This document shows, piece by piece, positions 29,401 to 39,727 of a stretch of DNA of 64,000 nt. Position 1 is the stretch's first letter, and each line of letters begins with the position of its first letter. This DNA comes from a virus. Position numbers and translations under genes: made by a program. The DNA is taken from positions 31,857-95,856 of IMG/VR virus record IMGVR_UViG_3300009128_001633, one strand, 5' to 3'. The notes beneath the pieces are model-generated. The model was not told the origin of the DNA and did no database searches. It saw only the letters and a list, made by a program, of their open reading frames with translations.

Positions 29401-30613
29401 AGGAACCTATACGATAATATACTGGCTGATTATTAGCTGCATTTGGAAGTTGATTAGTTGCTAATGTAAACGTTATATAATCACATGGATCAACAAACAA
29501 AAAGCCTCTTTGGGTATAAGTGGAATTAGTATATGAAGTAATTCCACCTTCACCAGAAGCAAAATTAACCCAAGATCCAGCGCCAACGATCCTATATTCC
29601 ATTATAATCTCAACATTAGTGGAATTAATCGACCCATCAGCTGCAGAATAAAATAGCCCATTAGGACACGTTATTTCAAATCTTAAACCCTCGGCACTAT
29701 CTCCTTCTGTTTGTTTTGTAATATATGAACCAGTAGTTAATTCAACAGAATATGATTGCCTATTAAAAGTATCACCAAAATACTGTAGACATAGCTGGTC
29801 AGTTCTACCATGAGTAGCATTTTGCCAAGCATCTGTATAATTACCTATTGGTTGTTTATTCAGTTCAACACTACTCGCGCTAATTATACACCCTTCACAT
29901 AATGATTGTAGAATATTTATATATTGATTATTACCAGATTGCTCTATGAATCTATTTATTATATTACCCGCAATTCTACGTTTACCATACAGTCGTGGAA
30001 TAGGAAACCCTTGATTCTGAAGGTTTCCCATATCACCCCAACCATATGTCTGTGTTTGGTCCATCTCACCAAGAGCTCCGGCATGAGTGGCGGCGGTAGC
30101 TCCAAGAGTAGGCATGGTTGGAGGAGTTATCGGAAATAAAGCATTTACTATTAATCCTCCAACAGTAGCGACTACTGCTGCCGCAGTAGCAGCGACCCAG
30201 ACTGGATAGAATTTAGCTGCTGCACCATAAGTCAAAATTGTAGCAATTGTAATTACTATAAATCCAATAATCCTAGCAACACTATTACCACCACCATGAA
30301 CTCTTGATATAACAACTATTTGATCACCAGGATTTGGACAAATGTGTACCGCATCATAGCTATCAAGAACACGACCATTTACAGAATAAGCAAGCTCTAT
30401 ACTGCTTTTAGTAATAAGATTTAACTCAGAAACATATTCACTTACTGGTTTGGCTATTTCAAAAGGAACTTTAAACTCTTTTTTATCACGTGGATTAAAC
30501 GGATTATAGAGAATGGTTATACGAACCCTCTCCCTATAAATAACAGGCAAAAATTCTTTATTACCTTCACTATTTAGAATTATTGCTTCCACCGACCCAC
30601 CTATAATATCCAA
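26468..30613 (-). CDS. Tail tip/central fibre (lambda gpI+gpJ-like fusion)
   Basis: N-terminal ubiquitin-like VNG...GDQIVVISRVHGGG; PIPRLYG; LCEG; YPSTALLGV; SDNPAWASYDIL; FnIII-like C-region. Confidence 0.9.
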   Translation of the reverse strand: MDIIGGSVEAIILNSEGNKEFLPVIYRERVRITILYNPFNPRDKKEFKVPFEIAKPVSEYVSELNLITKSSIELAYSVNGRVLDSYDAVHICPNPGDQIVVISRVHGGGNSVARIIGFIVITIATILTYGAAAKFYPVWVAATAAAVVATVGGLIVNALFPITPPTMPTLGATAATHAGALGEMDQTQTYGWGDMGNLQNQGFPIPRLYGKRRIAGNIINRFIEQSGNNQYINILQSLCEGCIISASSVELNKQPIGNYTDAWQNATHGRTDQLCLQYFGDTFNRQSYSVELTTGSYITKQTEGDSAEGLRFEITCPNGLFYSAADGSINSTNVEIIMEYRIVGAGSWVNFASGEGGITSYTNSTYTQRGFLFVDPCDYITFTLATNQLPNAANNQPVYYRIGSYPSGDTTSGWRLWGSFSGYNVSVTITGIGRQPVEVKITESPMNQPTWWTADHTRYINTGGAGGYVNIVDASNSSVKRTYTIRNLPVGQYEARFKVSSFGGTTARYINKTYLVGISELIPDDFTYPSTALLGVRVLATSQISGNRPTVTCIADRGYVPVHDGTEWVAKSSDNPAWASYDILTRPVYDINYDGSSLDVHHLEGVDYSRIIYADFLVWANHCDTYGYTVDIYFDSQMSIWSALAQVGQMGHGSVVMKGTKFSCVIDKTDTVRQWFSTANVYTDSVKINYLPLEDRANMVEVTYFDEDRSYQRETFPVYGNDYNTALIVKKAQITLHGCINYDRAWKFGDFLLKSNLYLIRAISFDADVDAIGCQIGDVIAFQCDLPQWGYSGRVVSATSNTVTLDKEVTLDAVSTYKIHIRDSDTDTFEEQTVTTSNTTTDTLTISGTWTITPEKYDIFLFGVDGSEYKNFRISAISRNGELKRTIQGAEYNASMYVEGTPTYLTESALTVYPVATELDIAERLRFNKGGAYVSELHITWEQTSGSAEGFWRIHRKNLTADDAFWQYLGETSENTFISSDNWQMNNQYEIAVVGVSDLTGATDSVENVTTERITIRWKQAKPDDVENFTVYQDSDRRVYFNWDHITDVDRDGYRIKEGPTWGAGTIVVNLVQQNSYDFMPTSDGSKIYMIKAVDDSGNESSTEDSVSLTVRNVLNNLNVIITRDEITLSPTPCPGTKDNCLFVAASTPYLGVPHAFLDDDEIITGWLDTTANPDITSYEGDSVLTGSYITEIIDCTISDDISIKLDTEWESQNISTTDLTYPDRLDTTYPNDTDISITSELALSYYYRYSTGADPTGESWLPYSSSVEVEARTFQIKFAFELDNTTSYLKFTKLAMTVDVPDIDYVSSNQSVSASGTTFNMSSDFGLTFQDHYVVGITVIGSTGLYPVMSNDTLTVFDVKLYDSDGNTSDGTVKFRIKGF

Positions 30614-30995
30614 TTATCATATTTTTCCAAAAAGGATTATCAAGTCTATCAATCATTGAACTACTATACCTTTTTAACGTATGTATGAAATCACCATTAC
30701 CTATACATATTCCAACATGACCAACAAAACTTGTTTCACCATCCAAATCCCTAAATAATATTAAACACCCATCTTCTGGCTCGTTTAATTCCTCCCAATC
30801 TTCATGTATTTTTGAATATTCAACAAATTCATTAAATTTTTCTGTATCTCCAGCACTTATATTGGCATCAGGTATATTCATACCATACCTTTTAAACACT
30901 TGTATTGCAAGACCAGCACAATCTAAAGCCACTTTTGGATCACGACCTCTATTTTTAAACGGTATTCCTACTAAATCACTAACATCTATTGACAT
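30570..30995 (-). CDS. NlpC/P60 tail tip peptidase (gpK-like)
   Basis: LVGIPF..GRD...DCAGL...HVGICIGNGDFIH. Confidence 0.9.
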   Translation of the reverse strand: MSIDVSDLVGIPFKNRGRDPKVALDCAGLAIQVFKRYGMNIPDANISAGDTEKFNEFVEYSKIHEDWEELNEPEDGCLILFRDLDGETSFVGHVGICIGNGDFIHTLKRYSSSMIDRLDNPFWKNMIIGYYRWVGGSNNSK

Positions 30996-31003
30996 AATAT
31001 CAC

Positions 31004-31651
31004 CTATTCATTAGCAGCATATAAACCACCTTCTGGAATTCCTGGAAAACCACCAAACGGTAACGTATCAGAATCAGCAAACCTTAATCTGCAATTAGCT
31101 AATGTTTTATTACATTCCTGATAAGCATCTCCGGTGTATCCACATCTAACATCAGTTCCAACCGGATAATTAAATTTAAACCTACACCAACTTCTAAGAT
31201 ACCTATTATCCGGAAATTGAACTTGAAATAAATTGGCAGCAGACAACGACACATTTATCCACTGATTATCTGCATGCGAAGAGGTTACTGTAAAAGTTTC
31301 TTCTATTGCGGGATTTGCTTCACCTAAATTATCAGAATGAACGACATATAGCGTACAATCACAACCAACAAGACCTTTTTCGCCTTCCATATAGACCATC
31401 AAAGCTCGTGTTACGTTACCGACTCTAATATTCAATATAGTATGTTCGCCACCCTTTTCCTCTTTAAGATCATCAATTACAAGAGGAAACTTTTGATATG
31501 TTTGCCCATCCCAAACTATATCATCTGTATTTTTAGCTAATCTAACATGCGTAGTTCCATCAGAAAGAGTTAGATCAATTAAAATAATCCAAGCACCAGA
31601 CGAACTTAGTTTATTCTTTTCAGCTAAATATGCACTTGATAATGTTAACAT
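31004..31651 (-). CDS. Minor tail protein L-like (Fe-S cluster)
   Basis: C-terminal CRF...CGY...CNKTLANC...FGGFPG. Confidence 0.88.
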   Translation of the reverse strand: MLTLSSAYLAEKNKLSSSGAWIILIDLTLSDGTTHVRLAKNTDDIVWDGQTYQKFPLVIDDLKEEKGGEHTILNIRVGNVTRALMVYMEGEKGLVGCDCTLYVVHSDNLGEANPAIEETFTVTSSHADNQWINVSLSAANLFQVQFPDNRYLRSWCRFKFNYPVGTDVRCGYTGDAYQECNKTLANCRLRFADSDTLPFGGFPGIPEGGLYAANE

Positions 31652-31653
31652 AA

Positions 31654-32004
31654 TTATTCCTGAGCTAAATCAAACTCACATGACCAATAATCATCGTTTT
31701 CATTTGGTTTATATACTATTGGAGCCATAAATGTCACATCATAAACTGTATTATCCATTGGATTAGTCCAATCAAAATTCCCAGCAAAGTTAATAGTTGT
31801 TTGCTCAAATGTTTTTAAAGTATTCTTGTCAGCAGTTGGCAATACTTCATATGCAACATGCCACTTCTGTGGGGTTCTTGTATACCTTGCTCTCTTCTGA
31901 ACATATCCAGCTTCAAAAGGAGACCTTATTACAGGATCACTAACAACAGTTTCTTTCCATGCTTTAACAGACGGTTTTTCAGTTAATGTTGGAAAAGTTG
32001 GCAT
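31654..32004 (-). CDS. Distal tail protein (gpM-like)
   Basis: SPFEAGYVQKR...FDWTNP; directly follows the tape measure. Confidence 0.8.
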   Translation of the reverse strand: MPTFPTLTEKPSVKAWKETVVSDPVIRSPFEAGYVQKRARYTRTPQKWHVAYEVLPTADKNTLKTFEQTTINFAGNFDWTNPMDNTVYDVTFMAPIVYKPNENDDYWSCEFDLAQE

Positions 32005-32006
32005 TT

Positions 32007-35000
32007 TTACCTCGCATTCATTGTATCACGAAACTGCTTTGATGTTTGTTGTTTACTAACAACAACATCTATTATCATACTTTGAAAATCTATTTTTGGA
32101 ATAACATCAGCTGCTTCAAGGTTTTCACCTGTATTATTAATTACATTTACTTGAACATTTTTAATACCAGTCGAACCACCTGACGAACCATTAGATGAAC
32201 TATCTGTACTAACAAGACCACCAGTCTGCATTTTCCTTATTGATTGGCTTCGAAGACGATCAAACAATTCTCTGCCGTAAAAATCAACAGAATCTTTTGG
32301 AATCATATATTCTCCAGGCATTCCCATAATAGGAACAGAATCTTTATTAGGAATTCCACCAACAAGCAAACCACCATATTGATATTGCATAGATATGCCA
32401 GAAGGCATATTACCTAATTGAACAGATGCACCACTCACCGGAGCACTTCCTCCAGTCGGCGATCCAGCCATAGCACCTGATGGCTCGGGACCACTACCTG
32501 CTCCACCTCCTATAGCACTACCGACCATACCTATAACTTGCTGCCAGAAAGCAACTACGATTAATTGCATAACATATTTTTGCATCGCAGACAATATATC
32601 TGTCAATACACTCTCAATTACATCTTTCCAATCCATAGCTGCATCTCTGTTACCAAGAAGCCAATCATTAGTCTTTTTAAATATAGCTTCACCAACCATA
32701 TTTATAGCTTCGTATGTTGTTCCAGTTATAGTCTCAGCATACGTTTTTTGCTCACCAACTAACTGAAAAGTTGCTGCCTTCATTGCATCAGCTATTCCAC
32801 TAAAATGAGTTGTTAAATTAGTAAATTGTTGTAGTTTGAACTCAGCGTCACGCCTAAGAGCTGCTTCCTCCATTGTAAGCCAATCTTCCTGCCATTTTAA
32901 CTTTATATCAAATTTTCTTCTTTGATGATTCTCTTCCATATTTTCAATAATTGTATCCATTTGACTTTTTAATCCAGATCTTCTACCTTCATCACTCTCA
33001 CCCGCAATTCTACCTTCCCATAGCTTCGTCGCTTTAACAATAGCCTGTTGTTGTCTAAATGCTTCTGATTCTAATCTACCGCCTAAGCCTTCACTATAGT
33101 TTCTTGCACCCATTTGAGACTTAGCATATTCACCCCATGTTGTTCTCGCCTTTCCCAACCTTGTTATTTCTTTAGTTAACTCAGCTCTTCTTTCTAGTTC
33201 GTTATTGTATAATATCGTAATATCAATTTCTTCTTTTAAATTACTTATCCTCGTCCTAGTCTGCATTAACATTTTTTCATAATAAAACTCTTGTTCCGAA
33301 TTTAATAAACCTTTTTCACTTAACAACGCAAGTATTCTACCTTCTTGCCACTCATACTCTTCCAGAGATCTTCTTAACTTACGAATCTGACGACTATGAG
33401 TTTCTCTAAGTCTATCCATTTGTTCTTCAATAGTATGATACTCTTTCATCTTATACGTCAAATCATACACTTTATTAGAATGAGTTTCAACCAATTCTGC
33501 AGATGTTTTATTATATTTATGCCAAGCTTCCTTACTAACTATCTTTTTCTGTAATTCATGATATTTCTCCAATTCCTTTACTTGTTTCTCCCACTCTTTT
33601 CTAGCACTTTCAACAGTTGTCTTTTCACCTGTAAAGAAACTTTTAACATCTCCAGGTTTCCTTCTTTTAAGATCCTCAAAAAAAGCTACTTGTTTATCCA
33701 TAAGTTGTTTCCTTTGAAAAGCAGCTCGATCATCAAACTGTAGCAACTTTTCAAATGGACCAACTCCACCTGCTATTCCTTTTATAACATCTAGTTTAGC
33801 TTTCTTTAGACTATCAATTATACCGTCATAAGCTCTTCTCAGAGTTTCAATATTCGAAATTTGACTACGAATATCTCTCTTGGCTTTATTAGCCCTATTC
33901 TGTTCTTCTTTGGCAATTTGCCTTAACAAGCTTTGTTCTTCCTTTGTTAACTTTACAATTTTCTCACCCTCAATACCTATCTTGACTTTTGCACTTTCCT
34001 CTCTGTTACTAAGAATTAATAATGCTGACATATTCTTAGCATAATCAATAACCCATTTATCAGAAGTACCATATTGTAAACGAATTGCTTGCTCCAAATT
34101 TAGTCTAACATCTTTTAACTCACGTCTTAATTGCAATATCCTATTTTTACCTTCATCCTCAGATCTTTCTTGCAAAACTTCCAGTGATCCAAGCGGAGAT
34201 TCAGAAAGTAACCAACCCTCATCAGGTTTTACTATTTCTTTTTTAGAAGCAGTAAAAACTCCCTTTAACGACTTGTTGTATCTAGTAAACTCACCAATAA
34301 TTGTCTTATTAAGATGCTTTATGCGTTTAATATTGTATTTAAGTTCACCAATTCTCACTTCCCAAAACCTTTTCTCTTCTTGAGTTTCCGATTCCAACAT
34401 ATATCTAGTTGTTTGATTAAGTTTAACATTTAATTCTGTATAAACCTTCATTAATTCCCTATTAGTTTTTGTTAACTCTTTAAAAGCCTCATTTCTTTGA
34501 ACCTTTAAAGCTTCTTTAAGATCCTTTTCAGATAATGGTAATCTCTGCCTTAAATTTTTGGATAACCCTTCAACATTAACATCAGAAATCTGACTAAAAA
34601 CATTTTTATAAAACCAGTTTATATCTTTCCGAATTTCCTTCATGCTATCCTTAAAACCAATCATAAACTGCTCTTTCTTCATTAATTTTTCTTCTTTCAA
34701 CAATCTAATTTGCTCACCAAGCTGTTCATTGGTTTTAAGAATTGCTTCGCCTTCAAGATTTCTATAACTTATTAGTTCGGGATATTTACTAACCAACTCA
34801 CTATGAGTCATTGCATTTTCTTTCATTACTTTTTGTATTTCTTTGTATCTATTTATTTTTTTACTAATTTGTATTACTTCATCTTGACCTTGCTTAATGT
34901 TCTCAATAAGTTTCATCGTATTGGAAGATATTTCTGCAGAAGTTTTATTAAAATACTTATATAGCTTATATCCAATAATTCCAGCAGAAGCAGCAGCAAG

Positions 35001-38000
35001 AGCAATTAATCCAGCAACTCCACCTGGAATTGCAGCAGTTAAAGCAACTAGCCCTCTCTTAATCCATACTAATTTTGCAGAAAGAACTCCTAAGCCAATA
35101 TGTTTTACTGCTTTTCCAAAGGTTTTAAACCTCTTTGTTATACCTTTTAATAATTCAGACACAGTCCTATAATCTTCTCCTCCTTTTTTAAACTTGTTTG
35201 AAAAGAATAATAGGAGTTTACTAGCTACAACAAATTGAGCAAAAACAGCCAATATTTGAACAACTGAAGACATGAATTCTCTAGTGAAACTACTGGTTTC
35301 ACTAAATGATCGTCCTATTTGTCCAGAAAAGACAGCTACTTGAGCCATCATCTTAACCAAAGGCTCAAAACCCAATCTAATAAGAGCTTCTAGGGATTGT
35401 TGTAATTGCTTAAAGGCAACATCTGGCTTTTCCAACATAACTCGTGCCATAACCTCAGCAGCATCTTCTGCTTCATATTTCAGCTTATAAATATTATTAT
35501 GCAACTCATCAACATTTCTTATTAGAGTAATAAATGTCTTGGCTCCACGCATTCCCATACGCTCAAATATTGTACCAACTTCTTCAACTGTTAATGAACC
35601 TTGTTTATATTTTTTATTAAGTTTATCCAAAATATCTATTAAATCAAGCGGTCCTTTTAAATTAACTTTAATTCCAAAAGCTTCTGAGAATTGTACTGGT
35701 TGTTTAGCAATTCTACTTAAAACAGTCTGCATAGATCTACCGGCAATACCAGATTTAATTAAATGATCATTGAGAGTTCCTAATAAAGCAGACATCTGGA
35801 GAAAAGTAAGATTACTTTCTTTACCCATAGCCATGAGATATTTATAACCTTCACGTAATTCATTTAACTCAACCTGATGATCTCTAAACGTAGCAACAAC
35901 TATATCATTTATGTATTTAAATTTCATTTGCAATGAAGTAACACCTTCTATGCTATTTTTGAAATTATTATAAACAGCAGCAACCATCTTAGTTGAATCG
36001 GTTACATCACCCTCAGTTGCAACCAACATATTCATAGTGGAATTAAGAGCAGCTAAATTCTCCTCAGCAGTTAATCCAGCACTACCTAATTGGTAAAGAA
36101 CCTCACCAACATAATCAGCTCCTTCACCAAACTTAATCATTGCAGTAACACCTTCTGTCTCGTATCTTTTTAATACTCCAGCAGTAGTTTCAAACTCAGA
36201 CCTTGCTGTTCTCATTGCTCTCGCCATCTGGTGTTCAACTTCTATTACAGAACCTAAAGCTTCTTTGAATCCACGAATGGCACCAAACATAACACCATAT
36301 CCTAGAACCCATGCAGCTTGAGATTTCATCATGTCTTTGAAACCTCTTAGTTGCGTACGAATTGTTCCACGAAAAGCTTCAGCAGTACGGTCAAGTTCTC
36401 TACGTTCTTTCATCTGTAACTTAGACAAATCCTGCTCATACTTTCTTCTTTCTTGAGCAACTATCTGCAGCCTTCTTCCAACAGATTTTAAAGCTTGTTC
36501 CTCATTTCTGTACTGTGTTGTTCCTTTCTTGCCCTGCATTTCCAACTTGGCAATTTTATCCAGATGCTGATCCATAATTGCATTTAATCCAGCTTCTGTA
36601 CTTTTTAACTTATTAATGTTATCGGACAAAACTCTCATACCAGAATTAAGCCTAACAATGCCCTGTCCCCATTTATCTGCATCAACACCAACAGCCTTAA
36701 AACGTAACCTCAATTCTCTTGTTAGTTCACTAATCTTCCTTTGATTTGTCTCTAAATCAAGAAATTCTTTACGATTATGAGCAACGGCTTGTGAGAGAAC
36801 TTGCATTGTTTTAGAAACATTGTTCGCACCATCAGCTAATCTTCTTAATTCCTTATCTTCTCTAACAACAACATCAACTGACTCTTTTAAATCAGAAGTG
36901 AGCTTATCTGTCTTATCGCTCACTTTTTCTTCTCCACGAACTACTCGTGACAACGTTTTCACAAATTTATCATGCTCACCTCTTAAACGCTGAGATTCAC
37001 CCTTAGTTTTATTCATCTCTCTAGCCACTCTTTGGAGTTCCATGGCCCTTTCTTTCTCAACTCCAGAAACGGACTTACTAAGTTCTTTTGTTCTTTGAAT
37101 TTCATCTTCTGTGAGAACCCCGCCACCCGCTAACTTCTCTCTATATCCTTCTTGAACTTTTCCCTCAAATTTAGTTATACCTCCAGCACGTCTTTGTAAT
37201 TCAGCAAATCTAGAATCTAATGCAATAGCTTCTTTTAATTTATTATCATATAATGTTAATTGCTTTATTAGATTTTCAGTATGAGCAGCTTTTTTAGTTT
37301 GTGCATTATCTGCAGAAGATTCAGCAGAAACATAGTTACTCATTGTAGCAGATAAATCATTAATCATCTTATCATACTGAGTCATTTTAACTTTAGTTAA
37401 ATTAACACTTTGACCTAACATTTGTTGTTTCAAATAAGTTTGTGTTAAAGCTTGATCATACTGACTAAGAGCAACCACTGAATCACTTATTGCTCCTCTA
37501 CCTTTTAATGTTCTATCCCAAACAAGACTAGTAAATGGAGTTCCACCTCCTCCACCAGAAGGTGGTGTTCCAGCAGGAGGTACTCCTCCTGCTCCTCCAC
37601 GTCCAGATGCTGTTATTATTCCTTTCTTAAAGGCATCCTTTTGTTTTATTAAACTATTGATTTGTCTTTCACTATTCAACTCTCTATTTTGTAATTCAGC
37701 TATTTCTTTATCTTGTGCTAATATCCTTTCATTTGTTTCTCTTTCTTTTTGTTTCTCTGCAACATATTGCTTTTGATCTTCCAATATTTGCTTACCGGAA
37801 GCAAGTTCTTTAGACCTTATATCTGTTTCAGAAACACCAAAACCAGTCTCAGATAAAGAACTTTTCCTTGTGGAATATGTAAAAGACCCAACGCCACCCT
37901 TTCCCCAACCCATCGGAATCATTTTCTCACGACCAAGCTGTAATGAATATGGCATAGCCTGACCACGAGCATATCTTGGATCTGCCATTCCTGTTTTATA

Positions 38001-39725
38001 ATCTATGTTAGCAATATTCCCAGCTATTTCGAGAACTAAATCTGCCTTTCCTGCTAACACCATGCCGTATCTATTTATATCAGCCATAAAAGCCTTAAAC
38101 TCTACAGATTCTTCACCAACAGCTTCTCTGACTTTGCGGATACGCTCATCCATATATTTCTGAGCGTCTTTTTGTAGAATTTGCGGTAGTTTTCTTGATA
38201 CTTGAACTGCTCCAGTTTTTGCATCAACTGCTCCAGGTTCAGCTATTTGTAATGGAGCCAAAGTTTTTTCAACTTCAACACCCATACTCCTCAACATATG
38301 CTTATATTTCTTTTCTACACTACCACCTTGTTTTCTGGCAAGTTCTAAAACCATACTATCAATCCTACCAAAAATACTGCCAGGACCAACAAATGATTTT
38401 TCTATATCTCTTCTGAGATTAGCAGCAGCTCTTCCTATGGACTGTAATATTTTTGGATCTGCTACTTGTTCTTTGCTAAGAAGCCTTGTAGCCATTTTTG
38501 TAAACTGACCTTCAGCTTTTTCAGCTTCTTGTATCATTCTACTTTTATGCCCACCAGTCTCATACCCTTTTCCAGCTATAAACTTGCCAAGACCTCCAGT
38601 TGCACCTATTTTCTTTACAAATTGTTCTGAAAACTCATGAAATGCAGTTCCACCCGCCATTGCAATTCCAGTTTGTATGCCCTTAGCACCTTCACCCCAT
38701 TTTTTACCAGAAAACAATGACCCTTCCATTGAACCAGTTACAATCCCCGCTGTACCCATCTTAGACTTTTGTATATCGGCAGCAAATTTTCTAACCCATT
38801 TATCAGGATGTTTTGCCCACTCTTCAAGATATTTCTGTATTCGTAAATTACTACCTTGTATGGATTCCCTTATTCTACTTACAGCTTCTTTTGGACCAAA
38901 TTCTCCACCGGCAGATGTATCTTTTATCGCACCTTCTAATGACTTGTATATTTTTTCAGCACCACTACCCTTCTTCCTTGGATCCCAACCCATAATAGAC
39001 ATGTTAGTTACAATTCTACCATAGTCGGGACCACTACCTGCTCCACCAGTAGTTCCACCTCTGGGACCCCATCCAGCAGAACCCATAACGCCACCAACCA
39101 TTCTGGCAGATCCTGCCTGAGCACTTGTGCTTCCTAAAGCAACTGTCATAGAAGTTATTGCATTAGAAATGGCAATTATATCGTCCTTCATCGTTCTTAT
39201 CTGAGTCAGAGCAGGAACTAATCCACTTGTAGTGTTAACATTAGCCATTTTCTGAAACATATCACCAATTGTCTTAAATTTGTTAACACTACCAGATTCA
39301 CCCATTTGCTTCATAGCACTAGCAATCCTACTAAAGGCCCCAGAAGCACTTTTAACATTTTTGTCAAACTTCTGTAAATGTTCTCCTGTAGCCATTATTG
39401 TTGCTGACGCTTTCGCAAACGCACTTATACCTTCTCCAGCTTGCTTACTAAAAGAAGCTATCTGACCAAAAGACTTTGCTACATCCTGAAAGCCTTTAAA
39501 ATACTGCGTCTTAGTACCAACACGATTCATCTCCTTCATAAACGATATCATCGTGTCTTTTGTTTTCTTTAGTTTAGCATCACTAACTTGACCGAGAGCA
39601 GTATTGAAGTCTTGGACGCCTTTTTTCATCATCTCAATATCTTGTTTAAAATGACCCATTTCTGCACTAAACTTATTAGTCATTTTAACAACAAAATCAA
39701 TCTCTCTATTAACCTTCTTAGCCAT
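32007..39725 (-). CDS. Tape measure protein (2572 aa) with internal nuclease-like domain
   Basis: TP901-type core (YQLGSAG...AGRSMQTVLSRI), long coiled coils, C-terminal GG..G...DSVP...PGEY; lies between the chaperones and distal tail. Confidence 0.93.
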   Translation of the reverse strand: MAKKVNREIDFVVKMTNKFSAEMGHFKQDIEMMKKGVQDFNTALGQVSDAKLKKTKDTMISFMKEMNRVGTKTQYFKGFQDVAKSFGQIASFSKQAGEGISAFAKASATIMATGEHLQKFDKNVKSASGAFSRIASAMKQMGESGSVNKFKTIGDMFQKMANVNTTSGLVPALTQIRTMKDDIIAISNAITSMTVALGSTSAQAGSARMVGGVMGSAGWGPRGGTTGGAGSGPDYGRIVTNMSIMGWDPRKKGSGAEKIYKSLEGAIKDTSAGGEFGPKEAVSRIRESIQGSNLRIQKYLEEWAKHPDKWVRKFAADIQKSKMGTAGIVTGSMEGSLFSGKKWGEGAKGIQTGIAMAGGTAFHEFSEQFVKKIGATGGLGKFIAGKGYETGGHKSRMIQEAEKAEGQFTKMATRLLSKEQVADPKILQSIGRAAANLRRDIEKSFVGPGSIFGRIDSMVLELARKQGGSVEKKYKHMLRSMGVEVEKTLAPLQIAEPGAVDAKTGAVQVSRKLPQILQKDAQKYMDERIRKVREAVGEESVEFKAFMADINRYGMVLAGKADLVLEIAGNIANIDYKTGMADPRYARGQAMPYSLQLGREKMIPMGWGKGGVGSFTYSTRKSSLSETGFGVSETDIRSKELASGKQILEDQKQYVAEKQKERETNERILAQDKEIAELQNRELNSERQINSLIKQKDAFKKGIITASGRGGAGGVPPAGTPPSGGGGGTPFTSLVWDRTLKGRGAISDSVVALSQYDQALTQTYLKQQMLGQSVNLTKVKMTQYDKMINDLSATMSNYVSAESSADNAQTKKAAHTENLIKQLTLYDNKLKEAIALDSRFAELQRRAGGITKFEGKVQEGYREKLAGGGVLTEDEIQRTKELSKSVSGVEKERAMELQRVAREMNKTKGESQRLRGEHDKFVKTLSRVVRGEEKVSDKTDKLTSDLKESVDVVVREDKELRRLADGANNVSKTMQVLSQAVAHNRKEFLDLETNQRKISELTRELRLRFKAVGVDADKWGQGIVRLNSGMRVLSDNINKLKSTEAGLNAIMDQHLDKIAKLEMQGKKGTTQYRNEEQALKSVGRRLQIVAQERRKYEQDLSKLQMKERRELDRTAEAFRGTIRTQLRGFKDMMKSQAAWVLGYGVMFGAIRGFKEALGSVIEVEHQMARAMRTARSEFETTAGVLKRYETEGVTAMIKFGEGADYVGEVLYQLGSAGLTAEENLAALNSTMNMLVATEGDVTDSTKMVAAVYNNFKNSIEGVTSLQMKFKYINDIVVATFRDHQVELNELREGYKYLMAMGKESNLTFLQMSALLGTLNDHLIKSGIAGRSMQTVLSRIAKQPVQFSEAFGIKVNLKGPLDLIDILDKLNKKYKQGSLTVEEVGTIFERMGMRGAKTFITLIRNVDELHNNIYKLKYEAEDAAEVMARVMLEKPDVAFKQLQQSLEALIRLGFEPLVKMMAQVAVFSGQIGRSFSETSSFTREFMSSVVQILAVFAQFVVASKLLLFFSNKFKKGGEDYRTVSELLKGITKRFKTFGKAVKHIGLGVLSAKLVWIKRGLVALTAAIPGGVAGLIALAAASAGIIGYKLYKYFNKTSAEISSNTMKLIENIKQGQDEVIQISKKINRYKEIQKVMKENAMTHSELVSKYPELISYRNLEGEAILKTNEQLGEQIRLLKEEKLMKKEQFMIGFKDSMKEIRKDINWFYKNVFSQISDVNVEGLSKNLRQRLPLSEKDLKEALKVQRNEAFKELTKTNRELMKVYTELNVKLNQTTRYMLESETQEEKRFWEVRIGELKYNIKRIKHLNKTIIGEFTRYNKSLKGVFTASKKEIVKPDEGWLLSESPLGSLEVLQERSEDEGKNRILQLRRELKDVRLNLEQAIRLQYGTSDKWVIDYAKNMSALLILSNREESAKVKIGIEGEKIVKLTKEEQSLLRQIAKEEQNRANKAKRDIRSQISNIETLRRAYDGIIDSLKKAKLDVIKGIAGGVGPFEKLLQFDDRAAFQRKQLMDKQVAFFEDLKRRKPGDVKSFFTGEKTTVESARKEWEKQVKELEKYHELQKKIVSKEAWHKYNKTSAELVETHSNKVYDLTYKMKEYHTIEEQMDRLRETHSRQIRKLRRSLEEYEWQEGRILALLSEKGLLNSEQEFYYEKMLMQTRTRISNLKEEIDITILYNNELERRAELTKEITRLGKARTTWGEYAKSQMGARNYSEGLGGRLESEAFRQQQAIVKATKLWEGRIAGESDEGRRSGLKSQMDTIIENMEENHQRRKFDIKLKWQEDWLTMEEAALRRDAEFKLQQFTNLTTHFSGIADAMKAATFQLVGEQKTYAETITGTTYEAINMVGEAIFKKTNDWLLGNRDAAMDWKDVIESVLTDILSAMQKYVMQLIVVAFWQQVIGMVGSAIGGGAGSGPEPSGAMAGSPTGGSAPVSGASVQLGNMPSGISMQYQYGGLLVGGIPNKDSVPIMGMPGEYMIPKDSVDFYGRELFDRLRSQSIRKMQTGGLVSTDSSSNGSSGGSTGIKNVQVNVINNTGENLEAADVIPKIDFQSMIIDVVVSKQQTSKQFRDTMNAR

Positions 39726-39727
39726 TT

